Source: a virus. Taken from it: a stretch of 64,000 nucleotides of DNA. Shown piece after piece: positions 39,480-49,123 of the stretch (its first letter is position 1; every line of letters starts with the position of its first letter). The position numbers were made by a program, and so were the translations under genes. The notes below the pieces were generated by a model. That model was not told the origin of the DNA. It searched no databases and saw nothing but the letters and a program-made list of their open reading frames with translations. The stretch spans positions 1-64,000 of IMG/VR virus record IMGVR_UViG_3300020733_000013; one strand, given 5' to 3'.

Positions 39480-41642
39480 ATGAGTCTACCAGTTTGGCAA
39501 ACACCCGCAGGTGCCTTAGGAACACATCCAACACAAGATGTAGTTAATATTCAACTATACGCTACTCCTGTATTTCCTGGCACACTTATAACCTACGCTT
39601 TCTTAAGTGGTGAATTGCCTATTGGTATAAGTTTAAGTACTATTGGAACAATTTCAGGAACTATTGGTAATGTAACATCTGAAACAGTTTATAACTTCAC
39701 AGTAAGAGCAACGGATGAATATGGAAGTTTCAGAGACAGAAGTTTTTCACTAACCGTTGTTCAAGCAAACAGTCCAAAATTTACTACACCGAGCGGAGTG
39801 ATACTGGTATCATACGATAGCACATACATTGACTATACCATTCAGTATTATAATCCTGATCCAACTAATGTCGTTACAGTAACTCAATCAAGTGGATTAT
39901 TACCTGATGGTTTGTACCTAACAAGTGATGGGCATATCAAAGGGTATGCATTACCACCATTTACAGTTGACCGTAGCCCAGCAGAAACTACATTCACTTT
40001 TACTTTGCAAATTCATAGTGCATTAGGATCAGATGTTTCTTCCTACTCAATTACTATCATTAACCAGATATTAGTAAACTCATATAACTCACGCAGCCCT
40101 GTTATATTGAATAGTCAACCAATGGTTGAGCCAGTATCATCTGACCCATACTATGCTTATTATACTTCAAATAATGTAATTCCATTCACTAGAGGTAATG
40201 AACAATTTTCATTCAAAATTTTAGGACATGACTTTGATGGTTCAGGTGTATCTTATTTGTTTGGAGCACTTCCTCAAGGGTTAACAGGTGATAGTGTTAC
40301 TGGTTGGATTACTGGTTCTCCTGTAATGTTAGCTGAGAGTATCAATCAATTTACGTTTGATGTAACTGTTGTAAAATTATCAAACTCATCTATTACAAGC
40401 GGAAAAGAATCTTTTAGCGTAGTGATATCAAACAATATTCCTGAAGATATCATTTGGAATACTGATAGTAACTTGGGAACTATTTTGAATGGACAACAAA
40501 GTCTGTTAACGTTAAGTGCAACGTCAGCTAAATTTTTAGAATACTACCTAGTTGAAGGTTCATTGCCGCCTAATTTGGGTTTATTGCCAACTGGCGAAAT
40601 TATTGGAAGAGTCTCGTATCAACCAGAGTCAACATATGTTTTAGATGGAACACAAACTACGTTTAGTTTTACCGTTCGTGCATTTAGTCCTGAATTTACC
40701 TTATTACAATCATATAAAAATTTTACTATAACAGTAGATCATTACTTTGATAAACCTACAGAAAATATTTATTTGAAAGCAGCACCTGCATTTTCAGGAA
40801 GACAAATCATTCAATCATTATTGACAAACGAATCATTGATACCTTCACAATACTTGTTTAGACCTAATGATCCTAACTTTGGTAAAGCAAAAGATGTTAG
40901 ATATGTTCATGCTTATGGGATGACTCCTAGTAAAGCAGAAGCATATATTAATGCAATTTCTCAAAATCACTATAATAGAAAACTAATATTAGGCCCATTA
41001 CAAACTGCGGTGGCAAGTGATACAAATGGAAACATCATTTACGAAGTAGTTTATAGTCCAATCATTGATGACCTAATTAAGAGTGACAATACAACACTAC
41101 CACAAACTGTTGTAGTAGAGCAAACAATTTCGTTGCAAGAAGGTCCTTGGACCGTATCAAATAATGACATTTATACCAGCTATACATACAATGCTGATGG
41201 TTATTACTATACTAGTTTAACTCCGGGATATGTAGATAAACTATATCCGGGTAGTTTAATTAATATGCGTAATCAGGTTACAAGTGTGATAAGTCAGAAT
41301 ACGGATAAAAAACTGTTACCATTATGGATGACAACACAGCAAACAGGCATCAGTACTTTGGGGTTTGTTCAAGCATGGGTAGTTTGTTATACGTTACCAG
41401 GATACTCAACACCAATCAAAAATAATATTGAAGCTAATTGGGGACATACATTAAACGAAATAGACTTTAGTGTAGATAGATACTTGATTGATAAGAGTGC
41501 CACTTACAACTATAACGTCAATCTAGCCAAACCACAATGGGTAGAGATTCCAGGAGATCAACCTCCACCTAACCCAAGTGATGAATATGATTTAACAATA
41601 TTGTTCCCTAGAAAAACAATATTGCCAAAAAACATTGATTAA
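39480..41642 (+). CDS. Structural protein with Ig/cadherin-like repeats
   Basis: Repeated SGxLPxGLxL...G.I.G and FTVRA. Confidence 0.72.
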   Translation: MSLPVWQTPAGALGTHPTQDVVNIQLYATPVFPGTLITYAFLSGELPIGISLSTIGTISGTIGNVTSETVYNFTVRATDEYGSFRDRSFSLTVVQANSPKFTTPSGVILVSYDSTYIDYTIQYYNPDPTNVVTVTQSSGLLPDGLYLTSDGHIKGYALPPFTVDRSPAETTFTFTLQIHSALGSDVSSYSITIINQILVNSYNSRSPVILNSQPMVEPVSSDPYYAYYTSNNVIPFTRGNEQFSFKILGHDFDGSGVSYLFGALPQGLTGDSVTGWITGSPVMLAESINQFTFDVTVVKLSNSSITSGKESFSVVISNNIPEDIIWNTDSNLGTILNGQQSLLTLSATSAKFLEYYLVEGSLPPNLGLLPTGEIIGRVSYQPESTYVLDGTQTTFSFTVRAFSPEFTLLQSYKNFTITVDHYFDKPTENIYLKAAPAFSGRQIIQSLLTNESLIPSQYLFRPNDPNFGKAKDVRYVHAYGMTPSKAEAYINAISQNHYNRKLILGPLQTAVASDTNGNIIYEVVYSPIIDDLIKSDNTTLPQTVVVEQTISLQEGPWTVSNNDIYTSYTYNADGYYYTSLTPGYVDKLYPGSLINMRNQVTSVISQNTDKKLLPLWMTTQQTGISTLGFVQAWVVCYTLPGYSTPIKNNIEANWGHTLNEIDFSVDRYLIDKSATYNYNVNLAKPQWVEIPGDQPPPNPSDEYDLTILFPRKTILPKNID

Positions 41643-41662
41643 ATAATGTATGGAAACAAAAC

Positions 41663-42493
41663 ATGAGTAATATTAACACAAACGCAATCAACACCGCTTA
41701 CCCTGTAGCCGGAGCTAACAATAGCAGCCAAGGTTTCAGAGACAACTTTACCAGCATTAAAAACAATTTGGATACTGCTGGTACTGAAATATCAGACTTA
41801 CAATCAAAAGTTGTTGTTAAAGCAGCACTAAACGGTACTTCATTGAACAATGATATGGGTAATACTCTTATCAGTAATGCAGCAGTTCAAGGTTTTCGCT
41901 CACCTACATTCCCATTAGGTACTAGCATTCCTAGCACAATCATTATTGATGTAACAAAGGGTGATGTGCAATATGGTACAATCGTTCAAAACACAACGAT
42001 TCAGTTTGCAGGATGGGCACCAACTGGTACACAAAGTAATGTCCAAGTTAAGTTTACCATTGCAAACAGTCAAGCAGTTATCACTTTCCCAAATACAACG
42101 TTTGACAGTAGTGCCAATATTTCAAGTGGCATGACGACAACTGCAAGATTGTTAGAAAACTACGGTAGTAATGGTGCACCCGGAACTAATGCAGTTTACA
42201 CAAATTATGTTTCTGTACCTTACGGTGCAACTGAATTGTCTTATAATTTCAGTACAGTCAATTGCGGTAATACAGTAGATGTTGCCCCCATTAGCAGAAG
42301 TAGAGCAGCGTCATATATTGATACCATCAATAACACACAAGCATCTGCTAGATTTGGTACAGGTGGTTACGGTCAACCCGGAGATGGTCCTGGTAAAATT
42401 TATGTTGACAATACGGGCATTCTTTATGTTTGTGTTGGCGCATATACAGGTAGCTCTGAAATCTGGGGTAAAGTAACACTAAGCGGATTCTAA
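41663..42493 (+). CDS. Virion structural protein
   Basis: YPVAGANNSSQGFRDNF N-terminus; fibre-like C-terminus. Confidence 0.6.
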   Translation: MSNINTNAINTAYPVAGANNSSQGFRDNFTSIKNNLDTAGTEISDLQSKVVVKAALNGTSLNNDMGNTLISNAAVQGFRSPTFPLGTSIPSTIIIDVTKGDVQYGTIVQNTTIQFAGWAPTGTQSNVQVKFTIANSQAVITFPNTTFDSSANISSGMTTTARLLENYGSNGAPGTNAVYTNYVSVPYGATELSYNFSTVNCGNTVDVAPISRSRAASYIDTINNTQASARFGTGGYGQPGDGPGKIYVDNTGILYVCVGAYTGSSEIWGKVTLSGF

Positions 42494-42530
42494 AATAAAT
42501 CTGTAGCCAGTCTACGATATAAATATTTTC

Positions 42531-42767
42531 ATGCAACATCCATTCATTAGTGACCTGTCCGACAAAAGTTTAGAAGATTTAGAAAAAACTATTTCTGACC
42601 TTACTAAAAAATTAACCTTTGTATACCGTATGCAGAATCAACCCATGATTCAACAGATGCATATGGTACTTGAAAGCTACAAGACAGAGTATGCTAAAAG
42701 AATGGATGATATGTACAAGAAACAAAATCTTGGCAGCAAAATTCAAGTATCAAAAGACAACGAATGA
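42531..42767 (+). CDS. Hypothetical protein
   Basis: 78-aa ORF after TATAAATA. Confidence 0.7.
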   Translation: MQHPFISDLSDKSLEDLEKTISDLTKKLTFVYRMQNQPMIQQMHMVLESYKTEYAKRMDDMYKKQNLGSKIQVSKDNE

Positions 42768-43372
42768 CAGCACGAATCCAAACTGGCTTCACATTTACAA
42801 CTGGCGTACATTTCAATAATAAGTTCTACATGAACAACTATGATTTGGATGTTACCTTCATGGTTGAAAGTGAAATCATCCACGAACAAAACATAGCATT
42901 AGAACGTATCAGATACTTTTTGGAGTATGTAATCTCTAACGCAATATTCATTAACCAAGTTGAAGAAGTTGCAATTAACAAATACATTGACGCTGGTATT
43001 CGTTTATGTACATTGCCCGAAGAACCCTATGACCAAATCATTGGTATCATGTTGTTAACCAAAATGAATGCGTTGACTGAGGGTAGATTGGTTGTTTCCG
43101 ACATTGCAATTAGTTCAACTATGAGCGAAGGTGTAAGTTGCTTGTACAGCATGGAAGAAAACTTAGGACCATTTGCCGATAAGGGCTGGTGGAACAGTAG
43201 CCAGATAGATATCAATGATATCAAACCAAAAAACAAGAAAATTGTCAAACTCAATACTACCAAAAACGTTTGGGAAGAACTTAGTTTGGGTTATCTAAAA
43301 CTAGACGAAGATATCCCATCTGATGTTCAAAACATTGTGTTTGCCACTTTTGATACTAAAACGGACAAATAA
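42764..43372 (+). CDS. Hypothetical protein
   Basis: 202-aa ORF with ATGA coupling. Confidence 0.7.
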   Translation: MTARIQTGFTFTTGVHFNNKFYMNNYDLDVTFMVESEIIHEQNIALERIRYFLEYVISNAIFINQVEEVAINKYIDAGIRLCTLPEEPYDQIIGIMLLTKMNALTEGRLVVSDIAISSTMSEGVSCLYSMEENLGPFADKGWWNSSQIDINDIKPKNKKIVKLNTTKNVWEELSLGYLKLDEDIPSDVQNIVFATFDTKTDK

Positions 43373-43375
43373 CTA

Positions 43376-43404
43376 TTGCTTTCTGTCAATACATAAGTTA
43401 TAAT
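43376..43404 (+). promoter_or_regulatory. Sigma70-type promoter
   Basis: TTGCTT-17 bp-TATAAT, the same hexamers as the primase promoter. Confidence 0.7.
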
Positions 43405-43409
43405 AGTTT

Positions 43410-43916
43410 ATGCATTCTGACAAATATGGCTTACAAGTTTTAAACGAATCTGATCTATGTGATTACTACTTACGTAATCCAGATCAGGTATTGAAACATG
43501 CCATTGTTGAAAAACAAATCACATTCCCTAGCGATTTAGATTTAGAAAATATCCCAGAATTATTAGAGTACGCACCACTTGATATTACTATTGACGAGTT
43601 TGACAGTATCTATCAAAACACATGGTACATGCCAGATGAATACAAGAATTTTGATATTGTCAAATATGTACTAGACTTGTGCAAAACAGACCAAGAACTG
43701 CAAAGAGTGGGTGACGAGTTATTGAAGTTTCAGGAACGAGACTTGTTTGTATTACTGTGCTACTGTAAATATTTGGTAGACACAATGCGTAAACATAATA
43801 TCGTTTGGGGAGTGGGTAGAGGATCAAGCGTGTCTAGTTATGTATTGTACCTGATAGGGGTACACCGCATAAATAGCATATTCTATGATTTAGACATAGA
43901 TGAATTTTTAAAATAG
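43410..43916 (+). CDS. DnaE-like N-terminal fragment (GRGS region)
   Basis: RVGDEL...YLVDTMRKHNIVWGVGRGSSVSSYVLYLIGV..I..I.YDL...FL. Confidence 0.82.
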   Translation: MHSDKYGLQVLNESDLCDYYLRNPDQVLKHAIVEKQITFPSDLDLENIPELLEYAPLDITIDEFDSIYQNTWYMPDEYKNFDIVKYVLDLCKTDQELQRVGDELLKFQERDLFVLLCYCKYLVDTMRKHNIVWGVGRGSSVSSYVLYLIGVHRINSIFYDLDIDEFLK

Positions 43917-43926
43917 GAGTAAGTAT

Positions 43927-44259
43927 ATGCCAGCATATCGTTCAGCGATGGGTAAAATGATTGACATGAATTCAATGGTCACACAAAATGAAAAAACACG
44001 TGCAGTTGGAAACATGAATGTAAACGCACGTGGTGATGTTTTGGATAGTAACAATAATGTTACCCAAGATAACAACAAGCGTATCAGAGCAGGTTATCAA
44101 CGTACAGTTAACCCACAAGCAAAAGCAGCAGCACAATATCACAGCGATAACCAATCTTCTTCATTAGTACCAGACGAAGTTGAAGAATTATCACCCGAAG
44201 AACAGCAATTTGAGCAAGAAGATGCCCAAGAAGTTATCGTAAAGAAATCAAAAAAGTAA
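43927..44259 (+). CDS. Hypothetical protein
   Basis: AGGAG RBS; AVGNMNVNARGD. Confidence 0.7.
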   Translation: MPAYRSAMGKMIDMNSMVTQNEKTRAVGNMNVNARGDVLDSNNNVTQDNNKRIRAGYQRTVNPQAKAAAQYHSDNQSSSLVPDEVEELSPEEQQFEQEDAQEVIVKKSKK

Positions 44260-44260
44260 C

Positions 44261-44635
44261 ATGACAAAACTAGCATTTGAACCACATAAGATTGAAAAAG
44301 ACAAGTTCCATCCTGTTAAAGATTGGATCGTTGTTACTGATATGAAGTTTGAAGAACGCAGGACTCGTGGTGGGATTATCTTACCCGGTGATGATGCTAA
44401 GAGTTCTGGAATCAGACCACGTTGGTGTAAAATTTACAAATTTGGCTCTGATTATAATGGTGATTTACAAGAAGGTGACTGGATTTTGGTAAGTCATGGT
44501 CGTTGGACTCGTGGTATCGACATTGAAGACGAAGAGGGTAAAAAGACATTGCGTAGAGTGGATCCTAATGATATACTACTTGCATCGGATGAGCCGATGG
44601 ATGACGAAACAATATCAGATAAGGTATCAGGATGA
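44261..44635 (+). CDS. groES: GroES-like co-chaperonin
   Basis: PVKDWIVV, mobile loop TRGGIILP, GDWILV, DILL. Confidence 0.8.
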   Translation: MTKLAFEPHKIEKDKFHPVKDWIVVTDMKFEERRTRGGIILPGDDAKSSGIRPRWCKIYKFGSDYNGDLQEGDWILVSHGRWTRGIDIEDEEGKKTLRRVDPNDILLASDEPMDDETISDKVSG

Positions 44636-45006
44636 AATGGTTTTTTAATTGGATGTTTAATGGCTTACACCAAGCTCAACAACAAAAACGGGAAGAAGAA
44701 GATTCGGTTGATAGAGAACAACGCAAAGCAGCAAGCGGTATAAGTATTGGTCTAGTAAGTCCAAAACCCTCAAGACGTTTTACTACTGCAGGTCAAAAGG
44801 TTAACCCCGATGACACTAGTGTAAATTTAAATGCAAACCCAATGCATTTTAAAATCTACCCAGCAACAGGTGGACACATTGTGGAATACATGTACTACAA
44901 TGAAAAGAAAGATACACACGATCAGGCACTACATCTTATCCCGAGTGATCTTGACTTAGGTACAGAACTTGCTAAAATTATGACTTTGGAAGCATTGAAA
45001 CGATGA
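44632..45006 (+). CDS. Hypothetical protein
   Basis: 124-aa translationally coupled ORF. Confidence 0.7.
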   Translation: MKWFFNWMFNGLHQAQQQKREEEDSVDREQRKAASGISIGLVSPKPSRRFTTAGQKVNPDDTSVNLNANPMHFKIYPATGGHIVEYMYYNEKKDTHDQALHLIPSDLDLGTELAKIMTLEALKR

Positions 45007-45929
45007 AAAACGAATTATGGGTCGAGAAGTATCGTCCTAAAACAGTAGAAGACTATGTGTTTGTGGATCAACGTCAAAAAGATCAGGTACAAGGTTGGAT
45101 CAATGATGGAATGATTCCGCACTTGTTAATGAGCGGTGACCCCGGTACTGGTAAAACAACACTAGCCAAAGTTCTAATCAACGAACTTAAAATTGAACAA
45201 TGGGATATACTAGAGATTAACGCAAGTCGTGATAACAGTGTTAACATGGTTCGCAATAAGATTCTAGGATTCGCACAAACAATGCCCTTTGGCAAGTTTA
45301 AGATTGTGTTACTAGACGAAGCAGACTATTTGACAGCAGAAGGTCAAGCAGCATTGCGTAGTGATATGGAAGCGTATGCACAAACTGTACGTTTCATTCT
45401 AACTTGTAACTACCCATATAAAATCATTCCAGCATTGAAAAGTCGATGCCATGAGTTTCACATTACTAAAACAGACCGTGACGAGTTTACAGCACGTGCA
45501 GCAACTGTATTGGTTACTGAAAATATTGAACTTGATTTAGATGTGTTAGACAGCTATGTTGCAGCAACATATCCTGACTTACGTAAATGTTTGAATCAAT
45601 TACAAGTCAATAGCAGTAGCGGTAAACTATTGCCACCATCAACACAAGGTGGTGACGAAGATGGGTTATTGGTTGAGATTACTGGATTGTTTAAGAGTGG
45701 TAAAACACTTGAAGGCAGACAACAACTAATGCAATATCTAAGTTTGTATCCTACCCGATTGGAAGATATCTATCGTTGGATGTATAACAATTTAGAATTG
45801 TGGGGAACTACGCAAGACACACGTGATGCGAGTATTTTGATTATTCGTAACGGTCTTGCAAACTTAAGTCTAGTGGGAATCCCAGAGATTAACCTAGCAG
45901 CAACATTAATTGAATTGACAAATATATGA
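45003..45929 (+). CDS. Clamp loader AAA+ subunit (gp44/RFC-like)
   Basis: LWVEKYRP, GDPGTGKTT, INAS, LDEAD, SRC, DLR. Confidence 0.93.
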   Translation: MKNELWVEKYRPKTVEDYVFVDQRQKDQVQGWINDGMIPHLLMSGDPGTGKTTLAKVLINELKIEQWDILEINASRDNSVNMVRNKILGFAQTMPFGKFKIVLLDEADYLTAEGQAALRSDMEAYAQTVRFILTCNYPYKIIPALKSRCHEFHITKTDRDEFTARAATVLVTENIELDLDVLDSYVAATYPDLRKCLNQLQVNSSSGKLLPPSTQGGDEDGLLVEITGLFKSGKTLEGRQQLMQYLSLYPTRLEDIYRWMYNNLELWGTTQDTRDASILIIRNGLANLSLVGIPEINLAATLIELTNI

Positions 45930-46186
45930 TGAGATATCTTTTAATCACTTACGTCAGAAAAGCAAATGGTCAGATTGACGAACAAGTAGGTGTATCACGT
46001 AACTTAAAAACAAGAGACATTCAAACTTGCAATGTCATTTTGGATTATGCAAACAGGAAAGTTGATAAGTGTTTTATTGAGGGTAAGGTATTAGACCGTG
46101 ACTGGGAAAAACTTCACGGATACTATCAACAAATTTATCCTGCTATTATTGAACGATTAGAGCACGAAGCTAGTCAACAAAAGTAA
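45926..46186 (+). CDS. Hypothetical protein
   Basis: 86-aa translationally coupled ORF. Confidence 0.7.
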   Translation: MMRYLLITYVRKANGQIDEQVGVSRNLKTRDIQTCNVILDYANRKVDKCFIEGKVLDRDWEKLHGYYQQIYPAIIERLEHEASQQK

Positions 46187-46209
46187 AAAGGGGCTGAAAA
46201 GCCCCTTTT
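46185..46209. terminator. Bidirectional terminator
   Basis: AAAAGGGGC-tgaaaa-GCCCCTTTT between convergent genes. Confidence 0.85.
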
Positions 46210-46211
46210 GT

Positions 46212-46994
46212 TTAACTGTACAATTTAAGTACGTGTTCGATGATCCTGTGTCTCTGTACATCTTTGATATCAAAGTGGCACATTTGTAGACCAGGAATCA
46301 CCCCCTTTCCCAACCTATTTTGTAAGTCTAGTAGCCCGTTGTCGGCTGATTTTCTATCGGCTTGTTCAATGTCGCCAGTAATTACAATCTTACTGCCAAC
46401 GCCAATTCTAGTCATAATCATTTTCAGTTGACTAGGAGTTGCATTTTGTGCTTCATCAAGTACAATGTAGCTGTGCTTAAAGTTTCGACCTCGACAGAAT
46501 GCTAGGGGTGCGATTTCCACTATCTGTTCTTCTAGCATGTGGGCGATTTCACTTGCCGCATAATACTCTCTTAAAACATCTAATAATGGTCTAGTCCAAG
46601 GTTCCATCTTTTGATTTAAGTCGCCCGGTAAGAAACCATGTTTCTCATCATCAACTCCCACTGCTGGACGTGTCAAAATAATACGGTCAACTTCACCTGC
46701 TTTCAATGCTTTGATAGCGGCTTGCATAGCTAAGTAAGTTTTACCTGTTCCTGCTGGTCCACCTACAACGACAATATCTACGTTTTCGTTAAGTAGTGCG
46801 AGGATGTATTTTTCTTGATTGACGGACTTGGGCACTAACGTGATAGGCTTTCTATCTAGTTTGATTCGTGCTTGGTCGAAATTGATTGTTTTAGATTCCT
46901 TTGTATAATATGTCTGTGTGTCATGCTTTTTGCTATGTGAATAGCGTGTGTCTTGCTCTTGTTGACGCAATGCGCCAGTTTTTCTCTTGCTCAA
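46212..46994 (-). CDS. phoH: PhoH-like ATPase
   Basis: GPAGTGKT, TRPAV, GFLPG, RGR, DEAQN, TRIG, GD..Q.D, VQRH; TTG start with AGGAG. Confidence 0.95.
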   Translation of the reverse strand: MSKRKTGALRQQEQDTRYSHSKKHDTQTYYTKESKTINFDQARIKLDRKPITLVPKSVNQEKYILALLNENVDIVVVGGPAGTGKTYLAMQAAIKALKAGEVDRIILTRPAVGVDDEKHGFLPGDLNQKMEPWTRPLLDVLREYYAASEIAHMLEEQIVEIAPLAFCRGRNFKHSYIVLDEAQNATPSQLKMIMTRIGVGSKIVITGDIEQADRKSADNGLLDLQNRLGKGVIPGLQMCHFDIKDVQRHRIIEHVLKLYS

Positions 46995-47162
46995 ATTGCA
47001 TTCTCCTGTTGAGGTTGAGTTCTCATAAAACTCAAAGATATTTAAAGGTATAATGCTGCGTGATAGTAGTGTACTTTAAAAAGAGATTTTTTTGATAAAT
47101 ATTAGGCTAACCCCTAAATTTCTTTTAGGCTCATTATCATTGCAACGATGATAAATAATACT

Positions 47163-47804
47163 ATGAGCAATCCAACAGACGAATTTTTTGATAGCGTAGA
47201 CTATCCTAGTATCATTGATAACATCAAGGGAATTTACACCAGTGATGGTATGATGAGCACCCTAATGGACTTTGAACGTGTATTAGATGAAGCAGATTTG
47301 TATGCTTTCCGTAACTGGGACTTAGGTGAATTAGTATCCGGTCCTAGAGTACGTAGATATGACGTTGCATGTATGTTTATGTATCCATTAAAACGTATGC
47401 CAGACCCAACTGGGGCTAAACGTCTATTAAAATTGGGTTGTGACGTTAAGTTTAAAAAGACAAAAATCAAAGTACCTATCAAAATTGAAGGTCCGGGCGA
47501 CTATAAACCAGGAACTCACTATCCAAAAATGACTGAACGTGATATTTGGTTAGTGTTAATTGAAATGCCAAAAGAACTAATGAACGATATTCGTGAAGGT
47601 TCTATCGACTTGGCTGAACAAACAATTGATTTAGAGGACTTGGATAAAGCCTACGAACAAGACCTAGATAAAGAAAGTACTGAGGATCAAGATGATAATG
47701 CATCATCGGGTCAAATGCCAGGAATGGATCAAGGTCTAGGTGGTGGTATGAGTCCAGGTGGTTTAGGTGGTCCTGCTCCAATGCAAGGTCCAGGGGGCAT
47801 GTAA
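47163..47804 (+). CDS. Hypothetical late protein
   Basis: DFERVLDE.DLYAF.NW..GE, MPDP.G; Gly/Met/Pro tail. Confidence 0.7.
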   Translation: MSNPTDEFFDSVDYPSIIDNIKGIYTSDGMMSTLMDFERVLDEADLYAFRNWDLGELVSGPRVRRYDVACMFMYPLKRMPDPTGAKRLLKLGCDVKFKKTKIKVPIKIEGPGDYKPGTHYPKMTERDIWLVLIEMPKELMNDIREGSIDLAEQTIDLEDLDKAYEQDLDKESTEDQDDNASSGQMPGMDQGLGGGMSPGGLGGPAPMQGPGGM

Positions 47805-48343
47805 TGAATAAAGTTCTTAATGAAGGTTTTGACTATCACGACTTAGTGGATCAAGTTATCCCAGAAATCTCAATTGACGAGTACGCAGCTAAAATGGGTA
47901 CCAACGATGAGATTGTTACACTTACATTTACAACAAAAGGCAAGCAACAAGCTAGTGATTTGGTTGACTGGCTAGAACGCGGATACGACTTTGTATTAGA
48001 TGCTGAAGTCAGTGAAGGTGAAGTTTCACCAGGTAAGTATTTAGTATTTGTAGAAATGAATCGTAGAACAAGTGTGCCAGAACGTATTTGTGAAATGGTT
48101 GAAGACATGAAAACATTAACAGATTTAGACAGTGACAAATGGTCTGTTAAGATTGAAGATAAAGAATACAAAGCTGACAAAGAAATTCTAAAGCAACATA
48201 TTATTTTAAGCCCGCAAAAATATCGTGAACTCAAAGAAACAGACTTAAATGAAATGCGTCAACGTGCTGGATTAGAAACACATAAGATATACTCTAACCC
48301 AGACAAAATTTTAAAAGATTACTTAGCAAAGGCAGGATTATAA
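47804..48343 (+). CDS. Hypothetical late protein
   Basis: VLNEG leader; ends LAKAGL. Confidence 0.7.
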   Translation: MNKVLNEGFDYHDLVDQVIPEISIDEYAAKMGTNDEIVTLTFTTKGKQQASDLVDWLERGYDFVLDAEVSEGEVSPGKYLVFVEMNRRTSVPERICEMVEDMKTLTDLDSDKWSVKIEDKEYKADKEILKQHIILSPQKYRELKETDLNEMRQRAGLETHKIYSNPDKILKDYLAKAGL

Positions 48344-48344
48344 A

Positions 48345-49082
48345 ATGGCAACATTACTAGCACAGAAGTCAGGTACAACTGACAATGCGATAGCAAAGAG
48401 TGACGACCACCATGATGCATTAGCAAGTGATCCTACAGTTAGTGCATTCCCATCAGGAAGTGCATTCGGCTCAACAACACCAGCTGCATCTACAGCAGCA
48501 AGCACAAGTTCATTCGGAGGGTCTTCAAGTGGATTCGGATCAACAACAAGTACAAGTTCAGCAGGAGGCTTTGGCAGCTCCTCAGGTTTCGGTTCAACAA
48601 CGTCCAACTCTTTCGGAGCATCAACGTCAGCAACAGCAGGCGGTTTCGGAGCTTCAACTGGATTTGGAGCAGCTTCAACTGGATCAACAGGTTTCGGCGC
48701 GTCAGGCGGGATGAGTGGTGGAATGCAACAAAGTTCTTTCCAATCAGTTCAAAATCAAGGAGAATCATTGAAGTCAGGCGGCGGCGCAATGAGTGAAGGT
48801 GGAGAATCTACAGTCAAGCTAGACAAAGATGCCACTGACTGGATTAACAAAAAGATGCGCCCAATGATGGGTTGGATCTACATGTTGACATGCACTTGCG
48901 ACTTTGTATTGTTCCCAATCTTATGGTCAGTATTACAAGCAATGACACATGGTAATGTAACTAGTCAATGGCAACCATTGACACTACAAGGTGCTGGATT
49001 GTATCACATCGCAATGGGTGCAGTTCTAGGTATCGCAGCTTACGGTCGTACAAAAGAAAAGGTAGCCGGCGTAGCTTCATAA
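48345..49082 (+). CDS. 3TM holin-like membrane protein with an FG-repeat N-terminus
   Basis: WINKKMRPMMGW...TM...MGAVLGIAAYGRTKEK, preceded by an S/T/G/F low-complexity region. Confidence 0.65.
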   Translation: MATLLAQKSGTTDNAIAKSDDHHDALASDPTVSAFPSGSAFGSTTPAASTAASTSSFGGSSSGFGSTTSTSSAGGFGSSSGFGSTTSNSFGASTSATAGGFGASTGFGAASTGSTGFGASGGMSGGMQQSSFQSVQNQGESLKSGGGAMSEGGESTVKLDKDATDWINKKMRPMMGWIYMLTCTCDFVLFPILWSVLQAMTHGNVTSQWQPLTLQGAGLYHIAMGAVLGIAAYGRTKEKVAGVAS

Positions 49083-49085
49083 ATA

Positions 49086-49114
49086 TTGACGAATAGCACC
49101 TAACGTGCTATACT
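49086..49114 (+). promoter_or_regulatory. Sigma70-type promoter (extended -10)
   Basis: TTGACG-17 bp-TATACT with TG two bases upstream of the -10 box. Confidence 0.7.
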
Positions 49115-49123
49115 AATAATATT

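Noticed and set aside
42764-43372. QueD/T-fold enzyme
   Set aside because: There is only a vague N-terminal resemblance, and the metal-binding HxH motif is absent.
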